Shown: in pieces, positions 27,979 to 39,583 of the stretch
Position numbering within the stretch: position 1 is the stretch's first letter
Layout of the letters: each line of letters starts with the position of its first letter
Assembly: GCA_973895155.1 (NCBI GenBank)
Contig: OZ316896.1
Location: forward strand, 5,407,303 to 5,471,302
Length of the DNA stretch: 64,000 nucleotides
Direction of reading: 5' to 3'
Source of the DNA: Marsupella aquatica
Taxonomy: Eukaryota > Plantae > Marchantiophyta
Program-made: the position numbers and the translations under genes
Notes under the pieces: model-generated
The model's database searches: none
What the model was told of the DNA's origin: nothing
What the model saw: the letters and a program-made list of their open reading frames with translations, nothing else

Positions 27979-30035
27979 GGTTCCTTACCCTTCAGTTGTT
28001 GCAAGAATTCATCCTTTGAAGTAGGTTTCGAGCCAGAGCTTCTCAAGCGAACCAAACTCACTCATGCTTTGGAGTTGTGATTCCCAGGAGTGAAACTTGT
28101 TATCTACAAAGCGCAATTTGTTGGTCTTGTTCGGTAGGCATTCCACACTTGGCATTGATCATGAAATGCAATCTAAAATGATTGTTCTCGAAGTTCCCAT
28201 ACGACGCAACACCAGGGCCTTTTTAAATCCTCGCAAAGCCATTCTATCAGTCTCTTTGATTACTCCAGTCGAAGAATTGCCTCAAATTGCCCTTAGTCGA
28301 CATCCACTGGGATCAATTTAAGAAGACGGAAACTCAAAGATTTTGTTTGGAATAGTCAATCCCAGGTAATTCTTCACCACTCCAAACTATTTCTCTTGGC
28401 AGGTTGGAAATTGGTGTATCGTGGGTTATTATCGACATTCTGGGGCCAACTTCCGACTTAGGTCATCAGGAAGGCCAGCCGGTGCAGCACAAAATACTTC
28501 ATGGGGCTAGTGAAGATCCTTATGCCAATGTCCCTTGGGCTCCCTCGGAATATGCTTAGTTGGTTGGGTAAAGACAAGAAGAGTGGAATATTAAGAGTGG
28601 ATGGCACAAAAATTGGGATGCATTTTACACAGAACAACAGAAGAACCTGAACTTTTGGAAGCTTGATTCGAAATTTCAAACGAGAGATGGAAGTTATCAT
28701 TTCCCGTCCCTCATTTGCAGAGATTTTTTTTTATCCCGACATAAAATTATCCCGACATAAAATCCTCAATTTGCATGCCTCAAATTTTATCCCGACATGC
28801 ATTTTTGCCTTCATGAACGTTGTCCAAGCCCCTGTGAAGTGAAATCACCCTGTCTTCAACTGAATTTAATCCAAACGGACTGTACAAATATATCATTCAC
28901 AGGCTGAGCAAATCCCTGAGAGCTTGCGCCGGGCAGGAGAGTTGCTTCCCAGTGACAAGGTCACGTGGAAGACGTGTCATCAGTACCTCTTAGTTCATTC
29001 AATCCAACATCGACAGTCGTGCAACCAAGAATGCACAACGTATAAAATCCTCAACCTGACTTCTTCCATTAACTTCCCCCGACTGTCCTACCCACCAGAT
29101 ATAAACAATTAAACGACAGTGCCCATAACCTGTTGACAGCCGCCCAAGATCGTTTCGTACATTGACTTTTGCCAGTCATATGAGCGAAAGGGCTTACCAA
29201 TTAACCACCATTTCCATAACCACCGAACTGGTACTCTACAAGCTCCAGAGCCGAATAATACTGAGGTATATGCAACTGCAGAGGTCATCCAGATCCGCAT
29301 AATACTGAGGTATATGCAACTGTAGAGGTCATCGAAGAAAACTCGAAGGTCAAACTTGCCCAGGTGATGCGCACATATGTAGTCCAACTGGGTTTAATTG
29401 ATAGCGATGATGCGTCCAAATGTTTGAGGTTTAATAGTGAGATGCTTGCCAGTAAGATGCGAGAGTGTAATTCAAGTCGATATTTCACAGCTTGCTATGA
29501 TGCGCGACAGTAGACAATTGAAACTTCTCCGTTTGGTAAGTTAGGGTTCATCGAAAGCTTCAAGTTCACATGTACTGAATAAAGACAACATCCAAAGAAG
29601 GTATTCTTGTAAGCCAACAAGTACATGCGCGACAATGACAGGAATTTTAGACTTGAAACAAGGAATGATCCAATTACTTATGTTCCGCATACTATTCTTT
29701 GCTCCTCTGACTGTGTGCTACAGGAGAAGGGCTTCAAGGGTGGATTGTGCCTCGCAAGCGACCATGACTATGAAATCCTATAGGTCCTCAAGTGGGACAC
29801 TCTTTTTGCAAGGTGAGGGGTAAATGACCCCTTGTGAGTATCTGTTGGGCCTATCGTGTTAAAGAAAATTAATAGACTCACGATGAATAGAAGTCTACTT
29901 CATTGAAGAGAGAAATTGTTGCTAAAGAAACGACGTGGACCTGCAATTGCTCATTGCTCATCCGCCCACCCACTGCATTATTTGGAACGCCTGCACCATC
30001 CGTCCACTTCAATGTTTTTTGAAACTGTCAAGGAA

Positions 30036-30437
30036 CTAGCTATCTTTTCCAATTGATAGAAACGCTACCAGAGTCGGTAAGAGACCCCAAAAAGTTTGAG
30101 TCTCTTTAACACTCGTCAAATCTGTTTGGAGGCCAGCAATATTCACTTTCACTTCTGTCTGCATGCCTTTCATTTCACCAATGTCCACTTTCATAGTGAC
30201 TATGTCCACTTGAATGTCTTGAAGAACACAAAGAACTGTTTCAAGTTCTTTATCTTTCTCATGGTCTCCTATTCCTCGTCCTTGAGTAGAATAAGTGATA
30301 TTCCTGTATCTTCTTCCTCGTTTCCCTCCTCGCATCCCCTGGCAAATGTTTTTCTCAATTCTGACATTCTCCACATTTGGTGGCAGAATGTTGAACGAGC
30401 TTCTCAAAAAAGACAGCCGAGCATAATTTGTTAACAT
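30036..30437 (-). CDS. Putative small coiled-coil protein with C-terminal hydrophobic anchor and presequence-like N-terminus (133 aa from ATG 30437)
   Basis: N-terminus MLTNYARLSFLRSS... is R/S/L-rich with no acidic residues. Heptad run LQDIQVDIVTMKVDIGEMKGMQTEVKVNIAGLQTDLTSVKE is followed by FWGLLPTLVAFLSIG. Confidence 0.45.
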   Translation of the reverse strand: MLTNYARLSFLRSSFNILPPNVENVRIEKNICQGMRGGKRGRRYRNITYSTQGRGIGDHEKDKELETVLCVLQDIQVDIVTMKVDIGEMKGMQTEVKVNIAGLQTDLTSVKETQTFWGLLPTLVAFLSIGKDS

Positions 30438-31263
30438 GATGAGAACGAGAGCGGTCACAACGACCAGATAGAAAGCTGTGGGAGACTCCAGTATAAGCTC
30501 CCAAACTTCGATTTCTATGCAACGAAACTGCTGAAAGTGCTCGCGGTGTCTTCTATACAAAGAAAGCCGAAAGTGATCGCGGGCAACAGAATGAGTGGCT
30601 ACGTTTGGGCTTCTGGTATTAAAGCACAACTGGCAGCCGTCTACTTGGTCTTTGTCGCGCTTGTCCTGTTTTCGCTTTTCACGCTTGCCCTTTCTGCCCC
30701 GGTGTCTTTGCAGGAGTGGGCTTAAAGAAAATGTTTGGCCGTATACGTCCCGCCTCCCAGTGGTCACTCCGAAAGTGGCGGATGACAGTTTTCTTTCGTG
30801 AATCTTATGCGTAGTAGAATTTTGCACAATGGCACTGTCTGCCCTGCCTCCTCCCTACCCCGGACCGACTGCAAACGTCGGTTTCTCTGCTGCAGGGACG
30901 ACGAGAAGATTGTTTCGTCTTGAATATACTTCTTAGAAGGTGACGACGAGAAGATTGCTTCATCTTGAATTTCCTCCTTAGAAGTTATTTCTCATACTGT
31001 GTCAAGATTTATGATCTCAATACCCCTGAATGACGTTATTTGATGCCCTAGTTTGCCTTCAGATCCACGGCAGATCAGGAGAAGAAGACTTATTTACGTC
31101 GGGTTGATACTTATGCGGTCACCAAACCCATGATAGATCGAAATTCCCTTGTCTCAAACAGAAGGTTGTCGAAGCTCCTCTTTGCAGTTCCACTTCTGAG
31201 CGTCAGCTATTTCCTTACGTAACGCAAGAATTGACGGAAGGTGCTCAACTTCTTTCTTTGCAG

Positions 31264-34200
31264 AGTTAATGCACTGATTCTAACCCGAATGGGCATGTTG
31301 GTCCTAGTCCACGAGCATTCCATGTATCAGTGGCCAACAACTGCCACCTATTCATTTACGGTGGACGTTGTGGCCGTAAGCGGTCTGAAGCATACACCTT
31401 GCTGTTACGAGTCTTCTTGTGGTTTGCATCTTTTCATGTTGGTATCACTTGGAAAAGTGTCCTTAAGAGGTCGATTTCTTGTTTGTTCTCAATTACATAC
31501 AATTACCTGCTTTAATAATCTCGAAAGACTCAAGGCTAACGTTTTCCAAATTCTTCCAGGCTGGGCGACTTCTGGATGCTAGATACAGGTGTGTGCACCA
31601 AATGGCAATTGATATGGTCGGAACATACAATTTTTGTATTGAAATTCCTGTATGATTTAGATATGGATTGAAGTTTGTGGAACTGTGCCGTTAGAATTAC
31701 GGAACATGATGCTCAAGCACTTGCCCTTCTCTTTACGGTCAGCTTTGCAGTTCTTTTATGGAATTGGACTCCTCATGTTGATTCTTCTTTCTGCCATAGA
31801 TACCTTGCAATGGGCAGAGCTGAGCTGTTATGGTGATCTCCCACCTGCACGTGAATTTGCCGCTGGTGTTTCAGCCGGCAAGGGCAAGATTGTGATGTGA
31901 GATTCTCGTTTTCAGGCGCCCGGTGGGCTCCAGGTTGTCCTTAGTTCATATTCTTCCGAAAAATTGTCCTACCAACTAGCCCCCATTCAACTACAACATG
32001 GTCAACAGATTGGAAACGGTTCGGTTTCAAGAAACTATTAACATAACACCGAGCATCACAGTTATTTCCAGCTTGTCAATTGGCAAGCTTCAGCAATGAG
32101 TAATATGACGAAGAAAGTCGTCACTAATGTCGTCACTAGCAGTAGCGGACAAATGGCAGAGACTGTAATGGTTTAACAAAATTGTCTGGACCAATGTGAT
32201 ATCCGTTGGTCATGAGCGTGGCAGTTGCAGGTTTTTGGTGGCCACGGAACTGGAGGCTGGAGACTGGCTGACTCGTTATGATATATATCATAATGTTTGC
32301 GTAATTCTAGATCGTGGTATGTATTCAATCTTTGCAGAACCGTGATGGTTACTGTCTCAATGTTTCACCTGAACATGTGTTTAGGGGACCACCTTAGCAG
32401 CTGATTGTCACAGTTGATTGTCACCCTTGCAATCCAGAACATGATGATAGTGGATGCGTTTGAGATGGGGATAGTAGAGGGTTTCGTTCACCAGTAATAT
32501 TTTCGTGGTACGTGCTTTCTGGTCTTTTCCTGTGTCCCCTCAATTTTCTCTGGGATCCAAAATTTCTGTCATGCTTAGATCAGAATCAGACACTTGACAT
32601 CAGAGATTTTTTACTTCCCTGCTATTGTTGCCACCCAGCGCACCTTGCCTGATCCGTGGCTGTTGACTGCTTTGATGAATTATGCTTTGCAGATTCCATG
32701 GCCTTCGTAGGTCACGGGGGACTCTATTGTACATTTATTCGTTTGGCGCGCTTCTGCCTTTTTAATATGTCAAGATAACCTGGATGTTTCGTGGGAATCA
32801 CCAGTCTCGCAGTTGAGGCCAGCAATCTCTCGATGTATACGACATGTCAAGGGGTTATACCAGTGGACATCGTGTTGGTTGTCATGTCGTCTACTTTATG
32901 GGCTCTTTTATCTAATTGTCTGGCTGCGACTCTGCAGGCAGAGTTCTGTGGAAAAAGCTCCAGTAAGCAACGAACCTCCCCCTCGAGCTTATCATTCAAT
33001 GTCTCGAATTGGTTCCCTATTCCGGATTTATACTAAGTGGAGGATAAGATGGCAAATCTAAGTTTGGGGATATTTGGTGGTTGGTCACAAAAGGTATTAC
33101 TCTCGCTTTAAGGTCTCACACTGAATTCGAGATTTTTGAATGCTTTAAATTCGCTTGTGACGGATTTGTGTGTAGTCACTTTTCATTTATTTATAGTTTC
33201 CTGCTTCTTTCAAACACTGCAGGTTCCTCGTTGAAGTTAATTTGAATTTTAAAAAATGTTCCGCTCAATTTTGTAGATGATCCAGTCGCAAAACGGGCAT
33301 CCTTATCTTGAAGGAGTAGCTTGCAACCAAATGCATGAATGACAAAGCAGTCTGACCCCACTCAAGTCCGTTGTACCATTCCCTTCTGGTCGTAATTCTT
33401 TTGCATTCTTTTGCGTTTTCCTTCTTTGAAACCCCACTGCTGTGGGGTCCGTGACGATAACCCTGCAAGAAGACACTGCATCATTCGTGCTATTCACTTG
33501 GATATATATTAGCAATTATGGTTTGCTTGCCAGTAACTTGGCTTTCTGTTTCTCCAGGATAAGGAGCAAACCCCTGCTTCACCTCTAAAGGAGTTGCGCC
33601 AACGTTTGGGTTTTCCTTCTGCAGCTGAGAGTCCCTTGGTAATAGACTCAGGCACGGATGACAAAGATCTCCTTGCGTTGGGCAAATAACTGCTGAACAG
33701 TGATGGACGCGCCAACTCCAAAAACCCAGCTGAACTTGTGAAGGTAGATAGCATGCTTACGTTTGGATTCCCTTAATACAATAATGGTCCGGGGGTTGTA
33801 ATATTTTGTACACCTGCAAGTGATCGAGGGGTTTGCTGTTACTAGGCTTTGGGCTATGCTGTTGCATTGGCTCGAAATTGATAGCTGACGAGATCAAAGT
33901 TGGTGATCATAGACATGAATGATAGGTTTTGCACCTTACATTGATCCATTTCTATTTCGCTTTGATTTCTATCTAGGCAGTTCGTGAGCACTGGAATCAA
34001 TGTGATGTGCAATTGCTAAGATTGAGTGACCTGAGTTCCTTGCTTCGTGATTAGCAGCGGCTCGTGGCCAGCTTACAAAGGTAAGGAAGGAACACTCTTC
34101 AGTGTCTCGTCTTCTGTCTTAGAGGAGATATGTAAATTGCTCGTCTGTTTGCTGTAAGTTCCCGTTGCTGGGCTAGTTTGACTCAGATCTATGAGTTTTT

Positions 34201-34697
34201 CTCAATCACTGTTTCATGGAAAAGTACGACTCCTAAAATTTGACTAGTGGAATTTGGAGATACATTGTATTGAATATCGTACTGAGTAAAGTATTTTGCC
34301 TTCAGTAGCGGATTGCTAGAAACTTTCACATTCCACGGTGAAGACAATCCAAAGTTGCACGTGCACGGCTTTCACCACTTCACGCGTGCTAACCAGGTAT
34401 CGTTTCATTCCTATCTGCTTTCACCACAGTTTCCTCTCTATGAGTATGCAGTGAGATTTGATGATGACGCTCTAACACGTAGCAGGGCAGCCTAATAATA
34501 ACTGAATGGCTGTGCTGCCCATTCTAGTATCTTCCGTTGTAAGAATTGGGGGCCGTCTGAAGTTTGAGGAATGAAAACACTAAAGCAATGACAACTCTCC
34601 CTCACTTTATCGTGTGCATGACTTTACGTAGGTGCGGATAGATGATACACCATCTCTACAGAATGAATACAAGCAACTACTACATTTGCATTTGTAG
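31264..34697 (+). pseudogene. GPA3-like (At2g36360-type) kelch-repeat pseudogene, unprocessed, with no 5' exons visible
   Basis: Exon remnants: GHVGPSPRAFHV..CHLFIYGGR, LGDFWMLDT, QWAELSCYGDLPPAREFAA, VFGGHGTGGW (frameshift), NEPPPRAYHSM, FGDIWWLV, DDPVAKR, LLRD*QRLV, VRIDDTPSLQNEYKQL. Contains premature stops and frameshifts. Confidence 0.8.
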
Positions 34698-35784
34698 AAT
34701 AAGCCTACTGGCAAACGAGATGGAGGCTAACAAAAGAACCGCGAGGGAGCAGATATTGTTGATCCCGATTCTATGTCACTTATCGGTGGCAACGACGTAG
34801 ACAAGTGGACTTCATTAAGTAAAGGGAAGTCTACTGTAGGCTTCTGTCGTGCTTGTATGAACTAGTTTTCAGTCTCTGCCAAACATTTGAGATCTGCCAA
34901 TATCAGATTGCAGATCCGTCTGCCAGGAGACGAGCAGATTATGAGGCTCTTTGCTTCTAGAGGTGGATTACCAGCTTGGAGAGGACTAATGATCACAAAG
35001 TTATTGTAAGAGCCATTCACAGAAACTTGGGAAACTAGGAAACTTGTACAGATGCCAGGTCCCAATTTCATCTGTACAAATTCATGTAAGATTCTATTTT
35101 GATAGCTAGCTTTACATTGTAAGTATTGGGAACTTGTATGTGCTTTCTATGAAGAGTGTTTGATTCTTCTAGTGTTGTGTTGGGATGATGTTAGCCCTTT
35201 TTTCTTCTTCTATTGGGCGTTTGTACCGAGGTTGAATGATTTTGAAAGCGCCTGAGGGAGGCTGGCTAGTTGTACAGTTGAATGATTGCGCTTAGGAAGC
35301 TTCCCCAGAAGGTAGGGACAATGTTGGGTCTATAGTAATGAGTGAGCACCCTGATCTTTGTGCAAATTAAAACCAACGTTCAAAGCTTACTTTTTATGAA
35401 TTAGCTTCTACGTTATTGCATTTACTGATATTGAAGATTGGCACACTGGAGACGTTCAAGGAACTCACAGCAGGTAGCACATATGGGACCACAAAAAGAT
35501 TCCATCCATTCTTGCTGCTTCTCATTCTGCACATGCCCCCTGCAATTGAGAATGATGAATTTGAAGGATTGACTCTTTAGAGATAGTTGTGCACAAATCC
35601 AATTTCATCCACTTCTAGTACTTAAGTAGTATTGATAAAACGTTTACGAATTTGATTATTTAACAACTTTTAATGATTTTTCAAATTGGGCTAGGCTTTC
35701 AAGTTTATGGCTGCTTCTTAGCTTCATTACGAGTACTAAAGCATACATAAGGAGGGGTTCATAAACTAATTCACGATTTTCGTC

Positions 35785-35935
35785 AGTGTCTGTTAGTGTT
35801 TTATTTGCAGATGCTGATCCTAAGCTGTCATTCTACACAACATTGCAATTTGAGAGATGAGTGTCTGTTAGTGTTTTATTTGCAGATGCTGATACTAAGC
35901 TGTCATTCTACACAACATTGCAATTTGAGAGATGA
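35785..35935. repeat. ~75-bp tandem duplication
   Basis: 'agtgtctgttagtgttttatttgcagatgctgat.ctaagctgtcattctacacaacattgcaatttgagagatg' occurs twice. Confidence 0.9.
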
Positions 35936-35996
35936 AAATAGAGTTGAAACTTTACAAATTGGGAACTAACTCAATGTACTCAAATAATGGGGTAAA

Positions 35997-36248
35997 TCAA
36001 AACAGGGATGCAGCATAAAGAAGACAAGTAGGGATTCTGTGTTGCCCTCTCCATTTGTGTTTTGACGTTGTACAAGTGTGTTTGAGATCACACACTGTGA
36101 TAACATGGGCAGTTGTTTTTGTTTGCCGATGACAATGGGCTCGAAATGGACAACACAAAGAAATATCAACACCTTCTTCATCATAAGATTTAGGGGGCCT
36201 GAATTTGGACATATGTAGTATAGCCTTTTGAAGCTGAAGGTCTTCCAC
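35997..36248 (-). pseudogene. Possible MuDR-type transposase zinc-finger remnant
   Basis: CPFRAHC...VITVCDLKHTC resembles the CPWR..HxC WRKY-like finger of MuDR transposases. It follows a ttttgcag acceptor. Confidence 0.35.
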
Positions 36249-37419
36249 CTGCAAAATGCCCACATGCACATTGTAAAAAAAATCAAGAAGGCAACAAGAG
36301 ACAGGTATTGTTACCTGAAATTTGGTGAAAGCACTTCAACACTTACCTGTTTTGTTGTGAGAATTGGTTGTGCATGTGCATTTTGTCTTTGATTAACACC
36401 CTTAGTTTTAGACGTCCCTACACCTTTGTCACGAAAGCCAGTGTATTCCCTGTATCGATTGTCATAGTGCCAGAAAGTATATTGACCCCTCGACCAAATG
36501 CCCATCAGGTAAACATGTTTCACCAGGGGACCCATCAAGCATATTAATCTGTCACTTGATAATAGAACTGATTCTTGTACTCCATCACAAGCAAAAGCAT
36601 AACCCAAGGTGTGGCCAGCTCAATAAGAACCGCTTCCAGCCGATTCTGTCAACTAGGAGTACAACTATGAGCATCCCAAATCCAACCACGCAAAGTTGTA
36701 AGAAAATATTTTGCTCAATACAGTCAAACACCGGGACAAGGAGACATTTTGACAATTTTAATGTTGGTTTTGGAGAAAATAGAATTCCAGTGCAATCCAA
36801 GAACGAGGAAAGTAATTTACGAAAAGCCCTTACCAGATATTTCTCTAGTTATTATTTGCGTGTAAAGTTTTGTAGAGATATTTGCAATCATCTGCTCGAC
36901 AGACCAGTTGATAGAATCTTGTAGCTCGGAATTCAAAGCTAGCAAATGCTAGCATGCCCCTTGTTGACCTGAAAAAATGCTTGAAGCCAATTCTCGAACT
37001 TCAAAATGCATCTGAATCATATTTATTTCATAGCGTGAAATCCAGGAAGAATCAAGATGCAGAACAACCCCGTTGGTAACTTCGGACTATAGTCACATCT
37101 ATACACTAAAGTTCCAATTTTCCAAGTACAAGAAACATGGATCGCAGCTGCACAAATTATGGGAAATTGTGGCAATCATCATTCGCTCTCTTGTCCTCTT
37201 ACAACTGCATGCGTCCCATGTATGAATACAATGCTAAAGTTGTTTGTGATCCAGTTCTCATAAATGATACTAGATGTAATAATAAACAAACTATCTAGTG
37301 ACAGGATGCTACACATGCAAAATAGACTCCTGTAGTTACTCAAACTCAAGTTAAAGAAATTTACACTTTTGATTGTTGTCATCTATTCTTTAAAACACTA
37401 CCCCAATACGCATGCGTTG

Positions 37420-37745
37420 CACGAAAGATGTCAAGGTGATAAAAAGATGTTGAGGTGATAAAAAGATGTCGAATGATGAAAAGATGTCGAGGTGACAAAA
37501 AGATGTCAAGGTGATAACGGGGGTGATAAAAATATGTCAAGGTGAGAACAATATTTCAAAGTGATAAAAGATGTCGAGATGATAAAAATATGTCAAGGTG
37601 AGAAAAAGATGTTGAGGTGAGCAAAAAATGTCAAGATGAGCGAAAGATGTCCATGAGAAAAAAGGTGTGCCGAGGAGATTAAAACATTTTGAGATAAGAA
37701 AAATATGTTTAGGCAAGGCACAAATGTAAAGGTGATAAAATGTGT
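37420..37745. repeat. Degenerate ~19-bp array (aaaagatgtc.aggtgat)
   Basis: At least 12 imperfect consecutive units are visible. Confidence 0.8.
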
Positions 37746-38329
37746 CATGGGATACGGCAAACATGATGAAGATGAAATACATAAGATGCTTATCTACAAA
37801 TTATATGAGGGCATGTTGAAGACATTAATACCCCACTCATGCAAACTTTATGCATGTTCAATAAAGAACTTCATCATATAAAATATTTGTGCTCAACCTT
37901 GCAAGACCCTCCTCAAAATATGGAAGCAAAACCTTAATACTTCTAGGTATAACCCTAAGTATATTGAACGTTGGCTGGGCCACACCATTGCAAAAACTTG
38001 AGACTTTAATGGGGACCCAATATCTGTCGAGGATACTACTTACCGGGACCCCTTGTCTCGCCCTCCCAACCTTCATAGCCATCGTCCTGCTTCCCAGATG
38101 TCTCTTGCCCCTATAATATCCTCTTAATTGCATCGGCTCATGCAAGCACACTGAAGATATCCCATGCAACAAATCTGCTAACCCCTTGTCACTTGAACAA
38201 AGACGGTTCACAAAATTTAAGTATGCATGTATCCCATCCCTTGCTGGTACCACCCCAAGCTCATGATGCCAATCACATCCATGCACCATAGGGTTCACCC
38301 AAAAATATTAGAGGGAATCCCCAAAAAAT

Positions 38330-38512
38330 TTGTACCATGGTCGGCACCTATTTGTGGCCATTTGGTTTGCACCCACTTTTGTGGTCGGCACTCATTTGTG
38401 GCCAACACCCATTTGTGGTCGGCACCTACTTTTGCGTGCGGCACCCATTTTTATTGTTGACACCCATTTGTGGCCGACACCCGTTTTGTGGTTGGCACCC
38501 AGTTTTGGCCAG
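38330..38512. repeat. Degenerate ~19-bp array (tttgtggtcggcaccca)
   Basis: About 9 imperfect units. Confidence 0.8.
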
Positions 38513-38748
38513 GTGACAACCAATTTTTGTGCAATCTTCCACGCCCTGGTAATTGCCCATCTTGTGGTCGTTTTCCATGCTTTGGCCGTGTCCTGTTCAC
38601 TTCCAACACTTTAATTAGGTCTCCTTGTATATATAGTTACTTCTGGGGTGCTGCCACCCCCGGACCACGTTCAATGGCAGTATGTTTTTGGTCCCAAACC
38701 CAAAAATACACGGCATGCGCAAATCGTGACAGGAGTACTTCCGCCATG

Positions 38749-39250
38749 TGTTGGAGCTAGGCCCTGGACTGACAACGTTAGTTGGGCTTCAGGCCTGTGT
38801 TGACATTAGGTGGGTGGGGAGGTACGACAACACACGCCTAGGCCTAGACTGACAAAAATAATGGACAATCACTAAGTCATGGGAGTCAGACCAAGTTGCC
38901 AACCGAGGGCGAGTTGGATGTGGGCTTTGGGAGGGGGTCAAGTTTGTTGAATTATGATGTCCTTCTTAACGATACGATCATGCTTCATCCCATGTTCACG
39001 TAGTCGACACAATCAATTACGTGGTTCACCTCTTCTCCAAGGCTACATCCACATGAACACAAAAGCTCTCTCTCTCTCTTCCTCAAGTTGCTTCGTTACA
39101 ATGAGCAAGCATGTTATGCCAGTGGCTTACACTAGCCCTAGTATATGCAAGGTCGCACACGACTAACCTAACACCTCAGCTAAGTCCCTAACTGTGGTTA
39201 GCATAATTGCCATAACCTATGAGTCACAAGGCTAAGAGCAATCCTTAACA
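38749..39250 (-). repeat. 3' LTR of the copia element (502 bp)
   Basis: TGTTGG...TTAACA termini. The adjacent ctccccct (39253-39260) reads as the AGGGGGAG polypurine tract on the - strand. Confidence 0.85.
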
Positions 39251-39583
39251 AACTCCCCCTTGATTCTAGTCTTGAGAACTACAATTTCTGCTATCCATAT
39301 GAGATATTCAGGCAGAAATTCTAGATAATCACCTAAACCCATAGGTGTCCCCCTAAAAACCATTTAAGGTTAACTAAGGGTTAACTAGCATCAAGCCATA
39401 GCCATAATAGGATTGAGTAACCCATATACATAAATTTTACATTGTTAAGCTACTCTACTAGTGCTTCAAATGCAAAACTTGCAAAGTAGCACGGTGTCTT
39501 GAGTAACTCTCCAAATGAAGTTACTCAATCTTGACTAGCTCAAATATTTTATCAAACACTACTTGTCTAATAAAATGGTACCT

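Noticed and set aside
28440-28570. Peptide-like stretch GQPVQHKILHGASEDPYANVPWAPSEYA*
   Set aside because: Isolated fragment with a stop; it could not be assigned to any family.
6540-37745. Oppositely oriented ACATCTTTT / AAAAGATGT arrays as ends of one giant element
   Set aside because: Only a short core is shared, the flanking sequence is not homologous, and no TSD was found.
37420-38512. Short-unit arrays as CRISPR-like loci (also 6540-7005 and 186-530)
   Set aside because: Units are contiguous and degenerate with no unique spacers, there are no cas genes, and the context is eukaryotic.
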